The notes under the pieces are model-generated. The model had not been told where the DNA came from, did not search any database, and worked only from the letters and a program-made list of their open reading frames with translations. Below, piece by piece: positions 8,017 to 17,110 of a stretch of 41,839 bases of DNA (the stretch's first letter is position 1; each line of letters opens with the position of its first letter). The translations under genes were made by a program, and so were the position numbers. Source of the stretch: an uncultured Armatimonadales bacterium (GTDB lineage Bacteria; Armatimonadota; Armatimonadia; Armatimonadales; Capsulimonadaceae); contig CAXUCQ010000001.1 of assembly GCA_964249295.1 (NCBI GenBank), positions 1 to 41,839 on the forward strand. The letters run 5' to 3'.

Positions 8017-10053
8017 CTAATCCGCCATCTCGTACAGGTCCATGTCGCCCGAAAGCAGGGCCTGCTTGGCGGCATCCTCGTACAAATCTTCCATCTTTGC
8101 GAGATACTCACGCACCGTCATCACGACCGTCGCGTGCGACCAGGTCAGCGGGGAGACCGAGATCGGGTCTCCGCTGTAAGGGTGGAGCTGTTCGGCAAGG
8201 ACACCGGACTCCAGGGTGTGTTTCCGCACCCACCCGAGGAGTTCAAGGGCGCGGCTGAGGTCACTGGGCTTTTTGGCCTTGGCGATGTACCACTCGGCGA
8301 GCCAGAGGGTGCAGATGATCCACGGGTTGCCCGGCACGTTGGAAACGTCCTGGCTGACCTGGTGGTAGTAGTCGTTCTCGTAGCGGGCGATGCCGCCGAT
8401 GTCGGTGCGGCACCACAGACGCTCCTCGATCTGGGTCATCGTGGACACGACCATGGGGTCGTCGGCGGCCAACATACCGAACTGAAAAACGCCGTACAGG
8501 CTGCTGTCGATGGTGACGTCGGCATCCAGCGCGCCCGTCTGCCGGTCGATCGCAAGCCTGCGGACGAACCGCTGTCGGTCTTCGTCCCACAGGTGTCTAA
8601 TCGCCGCTTCTTTGATCTCGTTCTGCGCCGCCCGAAACTTCCGGCCTCGGACTTCATCGCCGAACGTCTCCGCGAAGTTCGCGGCGGCGTTCAACCCCGC
8701 CCACACGGCGGCCACGGTGAACGTGTGGATTCCGTGACGCTCTTCCCATAGGTCATAAGATTCGGCCGGCAGTCCGGTGTGCGGCTCGCGGTAGGACGCC
8801 ATGAACTCGCCGGCCCGGCGGATCAGCGGTGAGTAAAGCGGGCGGATAAACTCGACGTCCCGGAAACGCTCGTAGTGCTCCCAGAGCGCCCAGATCACCA
8901 GGGCCGTTTCATCCTCCTGGATCGGGAGCTGCGAGTGACCTTCCCGGTCGGTCCACGGGTGCCACGACGATCCCAGGGATTTGTCGGGGTTGTACTTGTG
9001 CAGCAGAAAGCCTTCGGGCAGCAGCACGTCTTTGCAGAACTGATAAAAGGGCCGCGTCACATCCTGCTGGCCCGCCAGATCAAGGGAATACGCGACCAGC
9101 GCCCCGTCACGGGGCCACATGTACGAGTAAGTGTCGTTGTTGAAGTCGAGGTAGTCGCTGTCATTGGCGGCGATGATGGCGCCCCGGTTGTCGATCTGCG
9201 TCCGCAGGATGAGCAGGGACTGTTTGTAGAGGGTGCCGAGAGGCCCCGGCAGATCGCCATACGGGATGTTGTCTTTGTTGACCCAACGGTTCCAGTAGGT
9301 CCTGACGCGGTGCTGGAAGAACTCCGGCCCGCGCTCGCGCACGAGCTGGTCGATCAGCTTCACCCCGGCGTAGTCTTCCGCGACGCCCATCCAGTAATGC
9401 ACGACCGCCGTCCGCTCCAGAGCCACATGGGCGCCGATGGTGCTGTCGACGGACCCCTGCGCGATCGGATTCCGCTCCAGGACGCCGTCTTCGGCATCCC
9501 GCCACGTCCCTTCCGCACCGTGCGCGCGCGAAACGCCGACGGCGTAGTGATGCACCCCATACTCCTGGGCGTCACCCTCACCGACGCAGACGTTGGTCAG
9601 GATCCAGCACTTGCCTTTGTAGTGAATCATCGCCTGCAGGTTTGGCGCGTAGTAGGCCGTGTTCCCTTCGGAGGAGGCCCAGATGTTGAAATCATGGTGC
9701 CAGAACAAGCGCAGGTCGCGCGGCATCGGGAGCAGGTTCTCGATCTCGACCTTGCGGACGTACAGGTCGCGGTCGAAGTCGACACAGTCCCGGCACACGA
9801 GTTGGATTCCCAGGCCCCAATGGACGGCCGTCACCTCGGTGACGAGGGTCTCATTTTCGTAGCGCAGATGCTTCTGCCAGGACGGCTCGTGAATCCAAGA
9901 CATCTGCCCATCGACCCAGACGCCGAAGCGGCATGCCTGCCCGCGCGTGTGGTTCTCCTGGCCGACATAGGGGAAATACACGTCACGGAGGGTGTAGCGG
10001 GAGTCGAACGTCAGCAGAAGGTTACCGTTTGCAATCGGGATGTCGCGTGGCAT
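8017..10053 (-). CDS. glycoside hydrolase family 15 protein (glucoamylase/trehalase-like)
   Basis: 678 aa. The N-terminal beta-sandwich plus (alpha/alpha)6 pattern, with YSYMWPRDGA, LPIQEDETALVIWAL and HATVV.., is typical of bacterial GH15. Confidence 0.85.
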   Translation of the reverse strand: MPRDIPIANGNLLLTFDSRYTLRDVYFPYVGQENHTRGQACRFGVWVDGQMSWIHEPSWQKHLRYENETLVTEVTAVHWGLGIQLVCRDCVDFDRDLYVRKVEIENLLPMPRDLRLFWHHDFNIWASSEGNTAYYAPNLQAMIHYKGKCWILTNVCVGEGDAQEYGVHHYAVGVSRAHGAEGTWRDAEDGVLERNPIAQGSVDSTIGAHVALERTAVVHYWMGVAEDYAGVKLIDQLVRERGPEFFQHRVRTYWNRWVNKDNIPYGDLPGPLGTLYKQSLLILRTQIDNRGAIIAANDSDYLDFNNDTYSYMWPRDGALVAYSLDLAGQQDVTRPFYQFCKDVLLPEGFLLHKYNPDKSLGSSWHPWTDREGHSQLPIQEDETALVIWALWEHYERFRDVEFIRPLYSPLIRRAGEFMASYREPHTGLPAESYDLWEERHGIHTFTVAAVWAGLNAAANFAETFGDEVRGRKFRAAQNEIKEAAIRHLWDEDRQRFVRRLAIDRQTGALDADVTIDSSLYGVFQFGMLAADDPMVVSTMTQIEERLWCRTDIGGIARYENDYYHQVSQDVSNVPGNPWIICTLWLAEWYIAKAKKPSDLSRALELLGWVRKHTLESGVLAEQLHPYSGDPISVSPLTWSHATVVMTVREYLAKMEDLYEDAAKQALLSGDMDLYEMAD

Positions 10054-10166
10054 AACGTGTGGATGACGCTCACGGTCCGTAAACCGGCATCACCATCTCC
10101 GGGCAGAGTATACCCCAGTATCGGCGTTTTCCGGGCGGATGCTCAGTCCAACAGCAGGCCTGACCG

Positions 10167-10195
10167 TTGACGCAGGCGCGACGGACTGCTATAAT
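10167..10195 (+). promoter_or_regulatory. sigma70-type promoter driving a leaderless transcript
   Basis: TTGACG (10167..10172), a 17-nt spacer, then TATAAT (10190..10195). Six nt later is the ATG at 10202. Confidence 0.6.
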
Positions 10196-10201
10196 GGAGG
10201 C

Positions 10202-10807
10202 ATGGCTAAGCCACGCAAAACAGCGCAAGCACGCACCGAAGCACGCAGGCGGCGTCTCCAAGAGCGGTCTACCGTCCACGCCGCCAGCCTGAGCGCCCTG
10301 GCCGTCTTCGTCGTGGGTTTGACGGTCTTTACCGTCCTTGCGATCCTGCCTGGTACGCCGGTGCGCAACTTCTGGCTGCTGGTGACGGTCAACGGCCAAG
10401 TCAGCCCGAGGAGCGACCTCTATCAGAGCCTGTTCGCCCAGATCGAGCGTCAAGAAGTTTTGTTCGTCTCCCCGCTCTGTCTGCTCTGTGGCGGCCTGAC
10501 CCTGGGGAGACTCACGCCGAGACGGATCCCAGGCCTTCGCCTGCTGCGGGCGGCGGGCATAGTGGCCGTCGGGGTCGTGCTCGCTTGCGTCATTTTCCGA
10601 TGGGGATTGATCCTTTACGGGCAGCAGGGCCATCTTCAGGCGGGCGAGCTGAACACCCAGGTCGAGAAGACTCAGCTCGCCTGTTCACTGGGTTGGATCA
10701 TCGCTTACCTGGCAGGGACGGGGGTCGGCGTCCGCTGGCGCGACTCCGGCTTCCAGAGGCAGCTGGATGCTGCGGAAGGAAGTCGCTTCTCTCTGTCCCG
10801 CCGGTGA
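10202..10807 (+). CDS. hypothetical integral membrane protein (about 4 TM) with a basic N-terminus
   Basis: MAKPRKTAQARTEARRRR.. is followed by hydrophobic segments. The ATG sits 6 nt after a TTGACG-17-TATAAT promoter, so the mRNA is probably leaderless. Confidence 0.6.
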   Translation: MAKPRKTAQARTEARRRRLQERSTVHAASLSALAVFVVGLTVFTVLAILPGTPVRNFWLLVTVNGQVSPRSDLYQSLFAQIERQEVLFVSPLCLLCGGLTLGRLTPRRIPGLRLLRAAGIVAVGVVLACVIFRWGLILYGQQGHLQAGELNTQVEKTQLACSLGWIIAYLAGTGVGVRWRDSGFQRQLDAAEGSRFSLSRR

Positions 10808-10842
10808 CATCGTCGCTCCCATGTCGCCGACCGCTTTGAGGC

Positions 10843-10871
10843 TTGACATATGGTCCCGTCCCCTCTATAAT
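10843..10871 (+). promoter_or_regulatory. perfect-consensus sigma70 promoter of the TPR gene
   Basis: TTGACA (10843..10848), a 17-nt spacer, then TATAAT (10866..10871). The leader is about 29 nt with AAGGA at 10896..10900. Confidence 0.7.
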
Positions 10872-10906
10872 GGTGACGACACGGGCACTGCAGCCAAGGA
10901 TTCCGC

Positions 10907-11506
10907 ATGAACTTGATTTCCATGATCGCGCAGAAGTGGAACACGGTGCGCCGTGAGGGGGAGGCACGGACGGCCTATGCCGAGGGCCGTTTGGAGGATG
11001 CCCTTCTGCACGCGCGCGCCCTGTATCAGTTTGACCTCGGCAACCCCTGGGCCAATTTCCTGCTCGCGTGTCATCATCTTGAAGCGGACCGATACGGCGA
11101 CGCCCTGCCCCATCTTGATTGCGTCATCCGAGACTGGCCCGCAGACGCCTGGACGTGGTACGCGATCGGCGTCTGCCAGGACAGGCTGGAGCGGCCCGGC
11201 GCCGCCATCCAGGCCTACAAACACGCACTGTCCCTGGTCCCGGACTGGACAAAGGCGCTGAAGAACATCGGACGTGACCTTTACCTCTTGGGCGACTACG
11301 CGGCGGCGGAGGAAGCGCTGCGCCGCTACTGTGACGCCTCCCTTGATGACAAAGAGGCGCACGACCTGCTCGGCTACGTCTGCTACCGCCAGGGCAAATT
11401 CAGCCTCTCCTATCGCCACTACGAGCGCGCCCGGCGTCTTGATCCCCTGAATCCCAAGTTGGAGCGCAACGCGCGACTGCTCTACGGCCGCAGCGCGACC
11501 TCCTGA
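10907..11506 (+). CDS. tetratricopeptide-repeat protein
   Basis: 199 aa of TPR-like helical hairpins (..AIQAYKHALSLVPDWTKALKNIGRDLYLLGDYAAAEEALRRY..). SD AAGGA lies 6 nt upstream. A consensus promoter is at 10843..10871. Confidence 0.75.
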   Translation: MNLISMIAQKWNTVRREGEARTAYAEGRLEDALLHARALYQFDLGNPWANFLLACHHLEADRYGDALPHLDCVIRDWPADAWTWYAIGVCQDRLERPGAAIQAYKHALSLVPDWTKALKNIGRDLYLLGDYAAAEEALRRYCDASLDDKEAHDLLGYVCYRQGKFSLSYRHYERARRLDPLNPKLERNARLLYGRSATS

Positions 11507-11890
11507 CGGTCCCATCGCATCTGTAGTCTCGGTCCCTCTCTTCCATTCTCCACTCTTTCCGCGCGGCGCCACGTCTCACCCCGCAGGCGTTGGCGGAACA
11601 TTGCTCCCGGCTCAAGTACCAGGCTTTTTGCCACGCCTACGCACATTTAACAGCATCGCCACTGAGATTTGTCAACCCTAGTCGTGCCGGTCCTCCCCCA
11701 GGACGGCTAATCCCGTCATTTGACCAGTAACCGCACATCCCTGATTTTGCCGAACTAAACGTGGCAGTCTCGCGCGGATTCGCTTTCGACGCCTGGAGGG
11801 AGCGACCCAGGCTTAAGACGATCCCCGCCCTGTACTGCCCATAACTCGTAAGCCCGCGCCCCACACGGCGCAAGGAAAGATAATCAACCC

Positions 11891-14467
11891 GTGAAGAATA
11901 CCACGTTTTCGGGCCGCTCTCTGGCCTGTGTGTTATCCCTCATGCTCAGCCTTGGAGCATCAGCACCCCACGCGCAAGGGCAGACCACGACTGGCGCAAA
12001 CGGGTCAGGCGCCCAGGGCATCGGGCAGTGGGACGGCGTCACCCCATCGGCTCATCTCGCCGATTCTTACGAAGACCCGAAGCAGTTCAACGTCCCGTTC
12101 GGCATGATCAGCTACTACAACAACCCTTGGCGCGGCTACATGGACACCTGGCCCGCCAGTCAGTACCTGCGTCTGCCCGGCGCCATGTGGAATCTGGACA
12201 ACCGGTACGCGGAGCCGATCTGTCAACTGCTGCAAGAAAGCGGCATCCGCTCGGTCCGCCTGGAGGTCGGCTGGAACAACATCGGCTGGAACGACGACCT
12301 GACCCCGACCGCGAAGGCCAACCTGGAGTCACTGCTCGGCGTGTTCGAGAAACACGGGATTCGCCCATTGATCCTGCTGAACGCCAACCACGGCATCCCC
12401 GGCCCGCTCCGCAGCATCCCGATCACGGTCGCCACCGCCGCGAGTGCCGGTGACAAGACGATCAAACTCTCGGAGTGGTCTCAGGTACGGCCCGGCTATT
12501 CGGGCTTCGCCAACCCGCAGTACATTGCCTGCCTGCCGTTCATCACCGCCGTAGACCGTGACGGCACGGCGCACCTCTCGACGGGCCTGCCCTATCCCGT
12601 CAGCGCGGGCGTGCAGGCGATTCAGGACCTGAAGTACCAGCCGTTCCAGGGAACGGTGCTGGCGAACGGTACGCCCGTCCCCGCCGCTCAGGACACGTTC
12701 AACGGCTGGATGAAGTACGTCGAGGCCGTGGGCGCGGCGGCCCGCGCCGGCCTCGGCACGGCGGGCAAGCCCGATGCGGGGTTCGATCTCGAGGTCTGGA
12801 ACGAGTTGACGTTCGGCTCCAACTTCCTCGACATCAACAACTATTACGACGCCAAATTCAACTTCTCACAGCAGTTCACCTACACAAAGACACGCCTGCA
12901 GACAGGACTCAAGCCGGGCGCTCAGTTGACCTTCACGGCACAGGGCGCACAGTGCATCCTGCCGATGACGGTGGACTACTTCACCAACCCCGCGAACGGC
13001 TACCCAGGGGTGAACGTCATCACCGGGTTCTCGAACGAGCAGCCCTGGGACGGCGGCGGCTCGATGTGGCCCGGACAGGCCGGCTTCAGCCGGCACTACT
13101 ACACGGGCGGCTGGACGGACTGCAGCCCGGCCAACCAGATCGGGCAGTCGAACCAGGGATACATCAACGCTCTGGGCAACCTGGACGGCCAGCTCACGGG
13201 CGCCGATTACACGACGATCGTACCCGGAAGCGATTACGTGCCGACCTTCCGCTGCTCGTTCCCAGAGTTCTGGCACTCCGGTATGAAGACGGAGTGCATC
13301 ACGCGGGACGTCGTGCCTGACAACCGTGACAGCGATATGCCCGCCTACTCCGGCGTCCATGGCCGCTACACCGACACGGGGGACCTCCATCCGGCCCAGG
13401 TCTGGCAGACGGAGACGAACTACTGGCGGGCGCCTTTCCTGCAGCAGATCCAGCAGCAGACGGGAGCGGCGTCGAACGACCCGCGCCTGCTGGCGTTGGA
13501 CGCCTGGACGGACGGCAAGATGGAACTGCGGCAGTACGTCTTCCACGCCCACAAAGGGCTGACGAAGATCATGAACTACTGTCTCGGGGTCGACCCCTGC
13601 GACTTCGGCATGATTCCGCAGACAATGCTCTCGGCGCTCGACCAGAGCGGGAACACGCTGACGGACGCCGTGCGACAGATGGAGCCGCCGGGCTTGAAGG
13701 CGATGACCTGGATCAACACGACCATGAGCGCCGGGCAGCCGCTGGCGGCGACATGCCCCCTGACGGTGCAGGACCTCATCGAGTACCAGCCCCGACTCGT
13801 CTTCGCCGGCGACGGCACCGCCGCCCACCCGAGCAAATACAACCGTGACCAGTTCGCGTTCATGCCGTTCCAGCTCTCGGCGAACCAGTACACGATTCCC
13901 TACTACGTGATGACGCTCGACGTGACGCACGTCTGGAACCCGAACGCCGACCCGCTGGACCCGTCCCGCTATGACATGCCCAGCCAGCAGTTCGATGTGA
14001 CCATCGGGAACATCCAGGGCCAGGGGGCGACGGTCTCCGCTTACGACCCCCTGAAAGGAACGGTCGTCCCGGCCACCGTCGTCGCGTCAACGCCGACGAC
14101 ACTGACGGTCCGCCTGCAGGCCGTCGATTACCCGCGCTTCCTCCAGGTGACGGAGGCTAAAAACAGCCCGCTGATCTCACAGCCGCAGGCCGTCTACGCC
14201 GGCCACGGCCAGGTCAAAGTGACCTGGCACACCAACATCCCCGTCAAAGCCGTCGTCACCTACGGCACGGACTGGACCACGCGCGCCGCGAAGACGATCA
14301 CGGTCCCGGCGTCCAGCCAGCTCACGGGGTCTGTGACGCTCTCCGGCTGCAACCCCGGCGTCGTCGCCGTCCGCATCAAGGCCGCGTCCGCGACCGGCCT
14401 CACGACGGCATGGCCGCGCTGGGACGAGGACCCTGCCGGGCAGGTGGTCGTCCCCGCGACGCCTTGA
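11891..14467 (+). CDS. secreted 858-aa protein: candidate clan GH-A (TIM-barrel) glycoside hydrolase with C-terminal Ig/Fn3-like domains; family unassigned
   Basis: GTG start with AAGGAAAG upstream. Signal peptide LACVLSLMLSLGASAPHAQG. LEVGWNNIGW.., ..ILLNANHG.. and FDLEVWNELTFG resemble a clan-A acid/base NE motif (Glu codon at 12803..12805). The C-terminal VKVTWHTNIPVKAVVTYGT pattern looks Fn3-like. Confidence 0.7.
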   Translation: MKNTTFSGRSLACVLSLMLSLGASAPHAQGQTTTGANGSGAQGIGQWDGVTPSAHLADSYEDPKQFNVPFGMISYYNNPWRGYMDTWPASQYLRLPGAMWNLDNRYAEPICQLLQESGIRSVRLEVGWNNIGWNDDLTPTAKANLESLLGVFEKHGIRPLILLNANHGIPGPLRSIPITVATAASAGDKTIKLSEWSQVRPGYSGFANPQYIACLPFITAVDRDGTAHLSTGLPYPVSAGVQAIQDLKYQPFQGTVLANGTPVPAAQDTFNGWMKYVEAVGAAARAGLGTAGKPDAGFDLEVWNELTFGSNFLDINNYYDAKFNFSQQFTYTKTRLQTGLKPGAQLTFTAQGAQCILPMTVDYFTNPANGYPGVNVITGFSNEQPWDGGGSMWPGQAGFSRHYYTGGWTDCSPANQIGQSNQGYINALGNLDGQLTGADYTTIVPGSDYVPTFRCSFPEFWHSGMKTECITRDVVPDNRDSDMPAYSGVHGRYTDTGDLHPAQVWQTETNYWRAPFLQQIQQQTGAASNDPRLLALDAWTDGKMELRQYVFHAHKGLTKIMNYCLGVDPCDFGMIPQTMLSALDQSGNTLTDAVRQMEPPGLKAMTWINTTMSAGQPLAATCPLTVQDLIEYQPRLVFAGDGTAAHPSKYNRDQFAFMPFQLSANQYTIPYYVMTLDVTHVWNPNADPLDPSRYDMPSQQFDVTIGNIQGQGATVSAYDPLKGTVVPATVVASTPTTLTVRLQAVDYPRFLQVTEAKNSPLISQPQAVYAGHGQVKVTWHTNIPVKAVVTYGTDWTTRAAKTITVPASSQLTGSVTLSGCNPGVVAVRIKAASATGLTTAWPRWDEDPAGQVVVPATP

Positions 14468-14492
14468 CAAACGTCCACAGATGGGCTAAAGT
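14464..14492 (+). promoter_or_regulatory. sigma70-type promoter driving a leaderless aminotransferase mRNA
   Basis: TTGACA (14464..14469, overlapping the upstream stop TGA at 14465..14467), a 17-nt spacer, then TAAAGT (14487..14492). Six nt later is the ATG at 14499. Confidence 0.6.
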
Positions 14493-14498
14493 AACGGC

Positions 14499-15773
14499 AT
14501 GCAGTCTTCAGCGATGGATGCCGACGCGGTCACGCAGGATGTGATCGAGAAGTACACGCAGTTTGTCAACCCGACTCAGGTGGCGCTGCTCAAGATCGGA
14601 GGGTTTGACCACGTCGAAGCGCAGGCCGACGGCGTGATCCTCTCCGACCTCGACGGGAACCGGTACATCGACTGTCTGGGTGGCTATGGGGTATTCTCGC
14701 TGGGACACCGGCACCCCAAAGTCGTCCAGGCGGTCAAAGACCAGCTCGACCGCATCCCCCTTTCTTCCAAGACGTTCCTGAACAAGCCCCTGGCCGATCT
14801 CGCCGCGAAGCTCGCTGCAGTTTCTCCAGGCGCCCTTCAGTATTCCTTTTTCTGCAACTCCGGGGCGGAAGCGGTGGAGGGCGCCCTCAAGATCGCCCGG
14901 ATGGCGACCGGCAAGCCCGAGATCATTTCGGCCCACGGCGGCTACCACGGAAAAACACTGGGGGCGCTGTCCGCCACGGGGCGCGATTTGTACCGGACGC
15001 CGTTCGCGCCACTGCTGCCCGGCTTCGTCCAGGTCGCGTGGAACGACTTTGGCGCGCTGCGGGACGCCGTGACGGACCAGACCGCCGCGATCATCCTGGA
15101 GCCGGTCCAGGGTGAGGGCGGCATCCAACTCCCCTCCCCCGAGTATCTCCCGGCGGTGCGGCGGCTGTGTGATGAGCGCGGCGTGCTGCTCATCGCCGAC
15201 GAGGTCCAGACGGGCCTAGGCCGTACCGGCAGGATGTTTGCGGTCGAGCACTGGGGGGTGGCGCCGGACATCATGACGCTGGCGAAGTGTCTCGGCGGCG
15301 GCGTCATGCCGATCGGCGCGTTCTTGGCGACGCCCGACATTTGGGACAGAGTGTTCCGTCAGAACCCGTTCATCCACACGTCCACGTTCGGGGGCGGCGA
15401 GCTTGCCTGCGCAGCGGGCTTGGCGGCTCTGAAAGCGATTGAAGAGGAAAATCTCGTCGCGCAGTCGGCGGAGAACGGCGCGTACTTCCTCCACGGCTTG
15501 CGCCGGGTGCAGGCGGAGTTCCCGCAAGTGCTCCGGGAGGCGCGCGGCCTCGGCCTCATGCTGGGCGTCGAGTTCACCGACAGCGACATCGGCAAGCTCG
15601 TGATCGGCACGATGGTGCATCGCGGCGTCATCGCGGCGTACACGCTGAATAACCCCAACGTCATCCGCTTCGAGCCGCCGCTGATTATCACACGGACCCA
15701 GATCGACACGGTGTTGGAAGTGTTCGCCGCAGGCGTCACCGACGCCCTCGAACTGCTCGGCGATCTCCTTTAG
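14499..15773 (+). CDS. class-III pyridoxal-phosphate aminotransferase (putrescine/acetylornithine aminotransferase-like)
   Basis: Motifs GGYGVFSLGHRHP, CNSGAEAVEGALK, DEVQTGLGRTG and the PLP-lysine context TLAKCLGGG. The ATG sits 6 nt after TTGACA-17-TAAAGT. Confidence 0.9.
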   Translation: MQSSAMDADAVTQDVIEKYTQFVNPTQVALLKIGGFDHVEAQADGVILSDLDGNRYIDCLGGYGVFSLGHRHPKVVQAVKDQLDRIPLSSKTFLNKPLADLAAKLAAVSPGALQYSFFCNSGAEAVEGALKIARMATGKPEIISAHGGYHGKTLGALSATGRDLYRTPFAPLLPGFVQVAWNDFGALRDAVTDQTAAIILEPVQGEGGIQLPSPEYLPAVRRLCDERGVLLIADEVQTGLGRTGRMFAVEHWGVAPDIMTLAKCLGGGVMPIGAFLATPDIWDRVFRQNPFIHTSTFGGGELACAAGLAALKAIEEENLVAQSAENGAYFLHGLRRVQAEFPQVLREARGLGLMLGVEFTDSDIGKLVIGTMVHRGVIAAYTLNNPNVIRFEPPLIITRTQIDTVLEVFAAGVTDALELLGDLL

Positions 15774-17107
15774 CGGCGGGCGTTCAGAGTCATCCGCATC
15801 CCGTACTTGGGCCGGAGCGTGATGATCGGCTGCCAGGCGACGTGCTGCCGTGGGTCCAGCGTCATCCGCCAGCGCCGGCCCAGCGTTGCCAGCAGCAGAA
15901 CACCTTCCATCCACGCGAACTGCTCGCCGATACAGGTGCGCGCCCCACCCCCGAAGGGGAAGAAGGCGAATTTAGGCCGTTCTCCTTCCTGACTCTTTTC
16001 CCACCGGTCGGGGTCAAAACGATCCGGGTCCGGGAACCAGCGGCCATCGCGGTGGGTGACGGACTGACTCAGCAGCACGATCGAGTCCGTGGGCAGACGG
16101 TACCCGGCCACGCAATACTCTTCGATGACGCGCCGACCAACGACCCAGGCCGGCGGGAACAGGCGCAGCGACTCGGCAAACACCTGACGGGTGTAGGGGA
16201 GCCGAGGCAGGTCGTCGAAGCTCGGCTCCCGGCCTGACAGCGCCGTGTCCAGCTCCTGGTGAAACCTGGCTTCCACGTCTGGGTGCTGGGACAGCAGGTA
16301 CCACGTCCATGTCAGCGCATTCGCGGAGGTCTCGTAGCCGGCGAGGAAAAGCGTCATCGCCTCATCACGCACCTGAAGGCCGCTCATCCGGCTGCCGTCC
16401 TCGTCCCGCACGTCCAGCAGCATCGAGAGGAGATCGCCCTGATCTTCATGCCGCTCTTGGTGTTCGTTGATCATGCGGTAGATGATCCGGTCGAGCCGCG
16501 CTCGCGCGCGCCGGAAGCGCCGGACATGGGGCAGAGGCAGATCCTCCAGCTTCTCGGCATACGGCAGCATCAGCAGGTGGAAGAGCGCGATCACCTCGCC
16601 AACATCCGCGCCGATCTGCTCCGCGTCGGCCTCGACGTTCGCATTGAAGAGTGTCCGCGCGACGACCGGCAGCGTCAGCCGCATCATCTCCTGCGCGATG
16701 TCTAGATTTTGGCCGTCCGCCCAGTGCTCCTGACGCGCAGAGCCGCACTGCACCATTGTCTGGGCGTAGCCGCCCAGTCGCTGCCGGTGGAACGCCGGCT
16801 GGACCAGTCGGCGCTGTCGCCTGTGGAAATCTGCCTCACTCGTCAGAAGACCCTCGCCCAGAACACGCTTGGCGCGCTCCAGCCCACGGCCTTTGTAAAA
16901 ATGGGCCGCGCGCGTGACAAAAACATCACGGATGAGATCGGGATGGTTCAGAAGCGTAACGCGCTGTGGCCCGATGCAGAACGAAGTGATGTCGCCGTAA
17001 TCACGGGCCGTTCTTTGCAGGAAACCGATCGGGTCGCGGCGGAACGCCATGAGATGCCGGCCAGGGAACTTCGATGGCGGCCCCGGCGGATTTGCGCTGT
17101 TGGTCAT
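15770..17107 (-). CDS. cytochrome P450
   Basis: Heme loop [16 protein letters not shown] (FxxGxRxCxG), I-helix FLAGYETSA and an ESLR (ExxR) motif. Its stop overlaps the stop of the convergent aminotransferase. Confidence 0.9.
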   Translation of the reverse strand: MTNSANPPGPPSKFPGRHLMAFRRDPIGFLQRTARDYGDITSFCIGPQRVTLLNHPDLIRDVFVTRAAHFYKGRGLERAKRVLGEGLLTSEADFHRRQRRLVQPAFHRQRLGGYAQTMVQCGSARQEHWADGQNLDIAQEMMRLTLPVVARTLFNANVEADAEQIGADVGEVIALFHLLMLPYAEKLEDLPLPHVRRFRRARARLDRIIYRMINEHQERHEDQGDLLSMLLDVRDEDGSRMSGLQVRDEAMTLFLAGYETSANALTWTWYLLSQHPDVEARFHQELDTALSGREPSFDDLPRLPYTRQVFAESLRLFPPAWVVGRRVIEEYCVAGYRLPTDSIVLLSQSVTHRDGRWFPDPDRFDPDRWEKSQEGERPKFAFFPFGGGARTCIGEQFAWMEGVLLLATLGRRWRMTLDPRQHVAWQPIITLRPKYGMRMTLNARR

Positions 17108-17110
17108 AAG

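Noticed and set aside
8875-10170. 431-aa plus-strand ORF. Similar long antisense ORFs occur at 7199..8020, 10865..11572, 12866..13930, 14508..15128, 20976..22097, 24407..25150, 26800..28185, 28355..29332, 29972..31879, 38270..39118 and others.
   Set aside because: All of them overlap motif-supported genes on the opposite strand. They have no SD or promoter context and give low-complexity R/G/A/P/D-rich translations. They are high-GC artefacts.
11637-11873. 78-aa minus-strand ORF upstream of the secreted hydrolase.
   Set aside because: It has a TTG start with no SD, and its third-position GC is only moderate. The sequence has no motif I recognise. I treated it as non-coding leader or regulatory DNA.
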